The notes beneath the pieces are model-generated. The model was not told the DNA's origin, did not search any database, and saw only the letters and a program-made list of their open reading frames with translations. A stretch of 64,000 nucleotides of DNA from the NCBI RefSeq assembly GCF_031769215.1, contig NW_026782110.1, positions 1 through 64,000 of the forward strand, in the 5' to 3' direction. A program made the position numbers and the translations under genes. Shown here piece by piece: positions 58,911-64,000 of the stretch; position 1 is the first letter of the stretch, and every line of letters begins with the position of its first letter. The DNA is from Ylistrum balloti. Lineage: Eukaryota.

Positions 58911-59870
58911 ACAAAACATGGTGGGAATGTTGTCGAACATTCGATCACGTGTCCACTTTCTTTATTTTGATGTGATTTAAACTTCCGTATAATTCACCAC
59001 CATATACTCGTACCATCGTTCATCTTACTTTGAAAAGAAAACTGGTATAACAAGGGAACAAAGGTGTATGATAGTGTTAAAAAAGAGTTCAAAAATCAAA
59101 TGTTTTTATTCAGGAGCTATTTTTAGATAAGGTTATTGAAAATTTGTCCAAAACTCTATGGAATTCTTTAAAATGCACATACATGTAGCATCAATTCAAC
59201 AGTTTTAGTAAACATTATCACAATAGGACTGTAACTCTGATTTGAGAGTTCTACGAAAGGTCGTTAGAAGGATGAACAAAGTTTAGTTGTAATAACTAGA
59301 CGAGATAGCGATAGAATTGGTTTTGTGAAGATTAGGAATCCAATATAAAAAAGCGAGTTCCTTAATCATTCAACAGAGGACGTGAAACCCGATACATGGA
59401 TAAATATCCTGAATCATCGATAGGCAATCTGATCGTAATACTGAAGCATGATTGGTCAATTTTCTTCAGAAAGACTGCGTAATGTATAGGCATGGTTCTA
59501 TTTTATATACAGGGAGTGTACAATATAATTATACGTGACAAACCAGGATGAAGTTATCGGAATTCCGTATCTGCGTAAACAACAACATATTTGTCGTGTA
59601 AATCTGTCAGCATGGATTTAATTTTCTGCGCATAATTTTTCCTTTTTTATTCGAATTTGAAATAAAATTTTGTTGACACGTTATTGTCATATTTGTTGTA
59701 ACAATAATTTCGTCAAACCAGTCTACAATGTTTCAGTGTGAACCAGGTTTAACAGTAGGAACACTTGTGTTTTATCGGGATAAAAAATGTTCCACTTGTT
59801 TTTGCCCATTACGAAAAAACAACTGATATAATCTTTTAAAGATTCAGCTGCCTCTTGTCTGCTTAATTCA

Positions 59871-61203
59871 ATAAAACCTATGATGATTTATCGTCAGTTT
59901 CCTTCAATCAAACCTAGAAGGGTTATCGTCTGTTTCCTTCAATCAAACCTATGATGATTTATCGTCAGTTTCCTTCAATCAAACCTATGATGATTTATCG
60001 TCAGTTTCCTTCAATCAAACCTAGAAGGATTTATCGTCAGTTTCCTTCAATCAAACCTAGAAGGGTTTATCGTCTGTTTCCTTCAATCCAACCTAGAAGG
60101 ATTTATCGTCAGTTTCCTTCAATCAAACCTAGAAGGATTTATCGTCTGTTTCCTTCAATCAAACCTAGAAGGGTTTATCGTCTGTTTCCTTCAATCCAAC
60201 CTATGATGATTTATCGTCAGTTTCCTTCAATCAAACCTAGAAGGGTTTATCGTCTGTTTCCTTCAATCAAACCTAGAAGGGTTTATCGTCTGTTTCCTTC
60301 AATCCAACCTAGAAGGATTTATCGTCAGTTTCCTTCAATCAAACCTAGAAGGATTTATCGTCTGTTTCCTTCAATCAAACCTAGAAGGGTTTATCGTCTG
60401 TTTCCTTCAATCCAACCTATGATGATTTATCGTCAGTTTCCTTCAATCAAACCTAGAAGGGTTTATCGTCTGTTTCCTTCAATCCAACCTAGAAGGATTT
60501 ATCGTCAGTTTCCTTCAATCAAACCTAGAAGGATTTATCGTCTGTTTCCTTCAATCAAACCTAGAAGGGTTTATCGTCTGTTTCCTTCAATCCAACCTAT
60601 GATGATTTATCGTCAGTTTCCTTCAATCAAACCTAGAAGGGTTTATCGTCTGTTTCCTTCAATCAAACCTAGAAGGGTTTATCGTCTGTTTCCTTCAATC
60701 CAACCTATGATGATTTATCGTCAGTTTCCTTCAATCCAACCTAGAAGGATTTATCGTCAGTTTCCTTCAATCAAACCTAGAAGGATTTATCGTCAGTTTC
60801 CTTCAATCAAACCTAGAAGGATTTATCGTCTGTTTCCTTCAATCAAACCTAGAAGGGTTTATCGTCTGACCTTAATCGTCAGTTTCCTTCAATCAAACCT
60901 AGAAGGGTTATCGTCTGTTTCCTTCAATCCAACCTATGATGATTTATCGTCAGTTTCCTTCAATCAAACCTAGAAGGGTTTATCGTCAGTTTCCTTCAAT
61001 CAAACCTAGAAGGGTTATCGTCTGTTTCCTTCAATCCAACCTAGAAGGATTTATCGTCAGTTTCCTTCAATCAAACCTAGAAGGATTTATCGTCAGTTTC
61101 CTTCAATCAAACCTAGAAGGGTTTATCGTCTGTTTCCTTCAATCCAACCTATGATGATTTATCGTCAGTTTCCTTCAATCAAACCTAGAAGGGTTTATCG
61201 TCA
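59871..61203. repeat. 36-bp minisatellite (~37 copies)
   Basis: AAACCTAGAAGGATTTATCGTCAGTTTCCTTCAATC with three or four recurring variants. Confidence 0.97.
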
Positions 61204-64000
61204 GCAAACAATTTGATATTAGAATAGTAATCATCAGTTACATTATTAATATGAAATAAAGATGGCCTGAACTTAAAATTGAGCCTTTCATGAATCTATC
61301 AATGGTACATACCCCAATGCTGAATCGTTAACGAATTAATACAGAAATTGTGTTCTATATCCCCCGTACATGTATAAGCTTTATCTGTAGTCTTCAACGG
61401 ATCGGTTATGCTTTAGATATGTTGCTTACAGCTTGCAAAACGTAAATACAAACTAAATAAATGCATTTTATCGAGGTAAACCGAAATTACTTGTTTTGTT
61501 ACGGACCGCATATGCAAATATGTTATAATTATGTTGTTCGGGTCAGTACAATATCATCGATTATGATGGACACAGCCCTATCGTGAAATATTCATATACG
61601 GAGCCGATACATCCGTCTTGTCATCTGTGTGTCACAGCTAATCCGATTACTACAACCTTTATAACAGAAATCTATACCGTCATTCGCTCCGTGTGCCACA
61701 CAGGGTTTAATTATTCACATATCACTGATGTGAATTGTACAGACATTTATTCAATCAATCGATCCTCATCATAATTTATTAGAACAAAATCTCGGAGGAA
61801 CTAGAACTAGAATAGATGACAATTTAGTTCACGATCTTGTTGTATATACGACACCAGATTTTAGTACTATCATGATACTACAAATTAAGTTATAATGACC
61901 ACACAGCACTAGATAAATTCTTATAACGACATCGCTAAATATAGTATCGTTAATTAAGAATTACGATGTTACTATGACAATATCTTATATTTATTCCCGC
62001 GTTATTACAAAACTGAATACATACATCAATGCTACATATCACGTTTTATGTAACACAAAAAGATAAGTTAATGAAAACGTTATCATTAAAATCTTTGTAC
62101 TTGTTTGACTCTAACAATATCTTATTAGGTAGGGAATAGAACATCTAACATCCCCTTTATCATCACGTTTGATGTTTCTATGGCGACGTGTTCTGTATTT
62201 ATCATATAACTTATGTCTCGTCTATTACGGCACTGTTTGTCATATTTATTACGTCATATCTACATTTATCATTTTAATGCAAAAGTCCATGTTCATATGC
62301 TATAGAGCCAGCATTGTTCAGCATTTATAAGATATATGATACCATAAAGCATGATAAAATTCACCTCATACAGAACAGACCGACAATACTGTTAAATCAT
62401 GCTTACAGTCAGATTTAAATAACGTTCGATATGAAATAGAATTACCACAAACACACTCACCATGATCAGCAGAGTATTATATCTTTAATATGATTTTCAT
62501 TTTCATTTTTAACCTACATGACCGAGATATACCTTTAACGTACAGGTAACCATGGCGATATACATATTACAGCCTTATAGTTTCTCACACTGTCGGAATT
62601 AACACTAAAATCAACATTATTGTTGTGTTTTCACTGGAAACCATTAGTAACCCTAGTTAAACCCTACTTCAGATCTGAAGTTATATCTACAACACACATA
62701 TCAGAAGAAACACTTCCAGGACACAATGTATACGCTTATAGTCAATACAACGAGGATGAATTTTATACAGTGATGATAGAGAATGGACACGGAGAAAGAT
62801 TAGCCATATTTTTTTTTTCTGAGTCTAGACTGTTTACATCGTGCCTCGTCAAATTTAAATAGTTGACATCTTAAAGCGGATTAATATAAATGTTTCAACA
62901 CTTGATTCCGTATCTTATTCATTTGATATGTTGTGATGGCTACTGTACACTGCCTGTATAATGAATGAATTGAATAAAGTTTATATCAAAGATTAAAAGG
63001 AAAAAAGCGATTTCATTTTGATAACATCAGGGGACATTTTGCGAAACTGAATTCATCTATAAAGGTTTGTAAAAAATATCTTTAATGTGTCAGCTTTATA
63101 GTAAAACTTTGAACGTTAGTGGTGTTAAACATTGTATTTCAAAAAGTAATTATCGGCACTGATTGTTTGATAATAATTATTATCATGTTTCGTTCTGACG
63201 TCACATTAAACATATCCTACCTTCTATCCCTGGTAACTCGTTCATGATTATCTCCGGATGATTGTTTTGATGATTCGTTAGTCTCTACCTCTGCCACGTT
63301 TTCCTCCTCTCGTTTGCTTTAGCAGTGTGATATGTTGTGATGGCTACTGATGTTGTATGACAAGACGGTGAAGTACTTTTCAGGATTCTCGGAACAAAAT
63401 CGATGTTGTAAGATTAGTAATCTCTTCATGTCTCAAAGTTGCTAATATATCTAATTTCCATACATAGTAATATGACTTCCTTGTATGAAGCAAGATCTGT
63501 TTGGTGTACTGTCAATGTTCCCCCACGACGTCTGACTTGTGAAATCGCATCCGTTTCGTTTTCCGAGTAAATCCTATGAAAGGATCACCTTTTTACAGAT
63601 ATATTCGAAACTGTTGTCAATCTAAGTAGATCGTAACTATTATAGACGCTGTCGTAGTTTTGTTCAATTTGGTTAAAGACGATGCCAAACACAGATTTAT
63701 AAAATAAAAGCAGTCGACGAGATACGACTGCAGAGACTCGCCGAGTTACCATGGATACCAATTCCGGCCTCGCGGAGTGATAATTTACACCACACAAAGA
63801 CCTAAACAGATGAAATTTCCACGTTTACAAACGACATTATTTTAAACACCTTCCTACCCAAACACGGTCCTGTGTCGAATCTGATGCTTCCCTTCTGTGA
63901 TTGACACGTTTACCTGTACAGGTAAACAGTGTGTGTTAGACACTCGATCGGCGATGCTACGTCATCACAAATTTCTAGTTCGCACGCTCACGTGCTAATA

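Noticed and set aside
59951-60973. 340-aa repeat protein (PSIKPRRIYRQF)n
   Set aside because: Minisatellite translation with no splice or promoter support.
35442-61203. CRISPR-like arrays (32-, 36- and 40-bp repeats)
   Set aside because: Head-to-tail repeats with no unique spacers, in eukaryotic introns, and no cas genes.

Overview
AT-rich eukaryotic genomic DNA, most likely from a mollusc or similar lophotrochozoan (inferred from the histone sequences and the transposon families). 1-9462: two ~4.95-kb tandem units of a replication-dependent core-histone repeat (H2A-, H2B+, H4-, H3-). All genes have stem-loops, and no H1 or 5S is visible. The array ends 4 nt upstream of the second H3 initiator, at the poly(A) tail of an RNase H-encoding I/Nimb-type LINE. 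A degraded CR1/L2-type LINE follows directly. 15-25 kb: TE debris (CR1 fragment, Helentron-associated elements, a pogo fragment), a CA-rich repeat and a 61-aa single-pass microprotein exon. 25028-31222: a full-length TTAA-flanked Kolobok DNA transposon with an 8-exon THAP-DDE transposase (one +1 frameshift) and a convergent, intact 3-exon KolX (P2X7 ballast-like) gene. 34248-43772: an intact ABCB9/TAP-like half transporter with 11 coding exons. Its introns hold large tandem arrays, including a 32-bp minisatellite whose unit is a copy of the gene's own exon-2 splice acceptor. 47014-49463: the last two exons of a convergent coiled-coil protein gene. 50-64 kb: minisatellites and decayed repeats. 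Exon models were built by hand from GT-AG sites, phase continuity and family motifs; no database searches were run.
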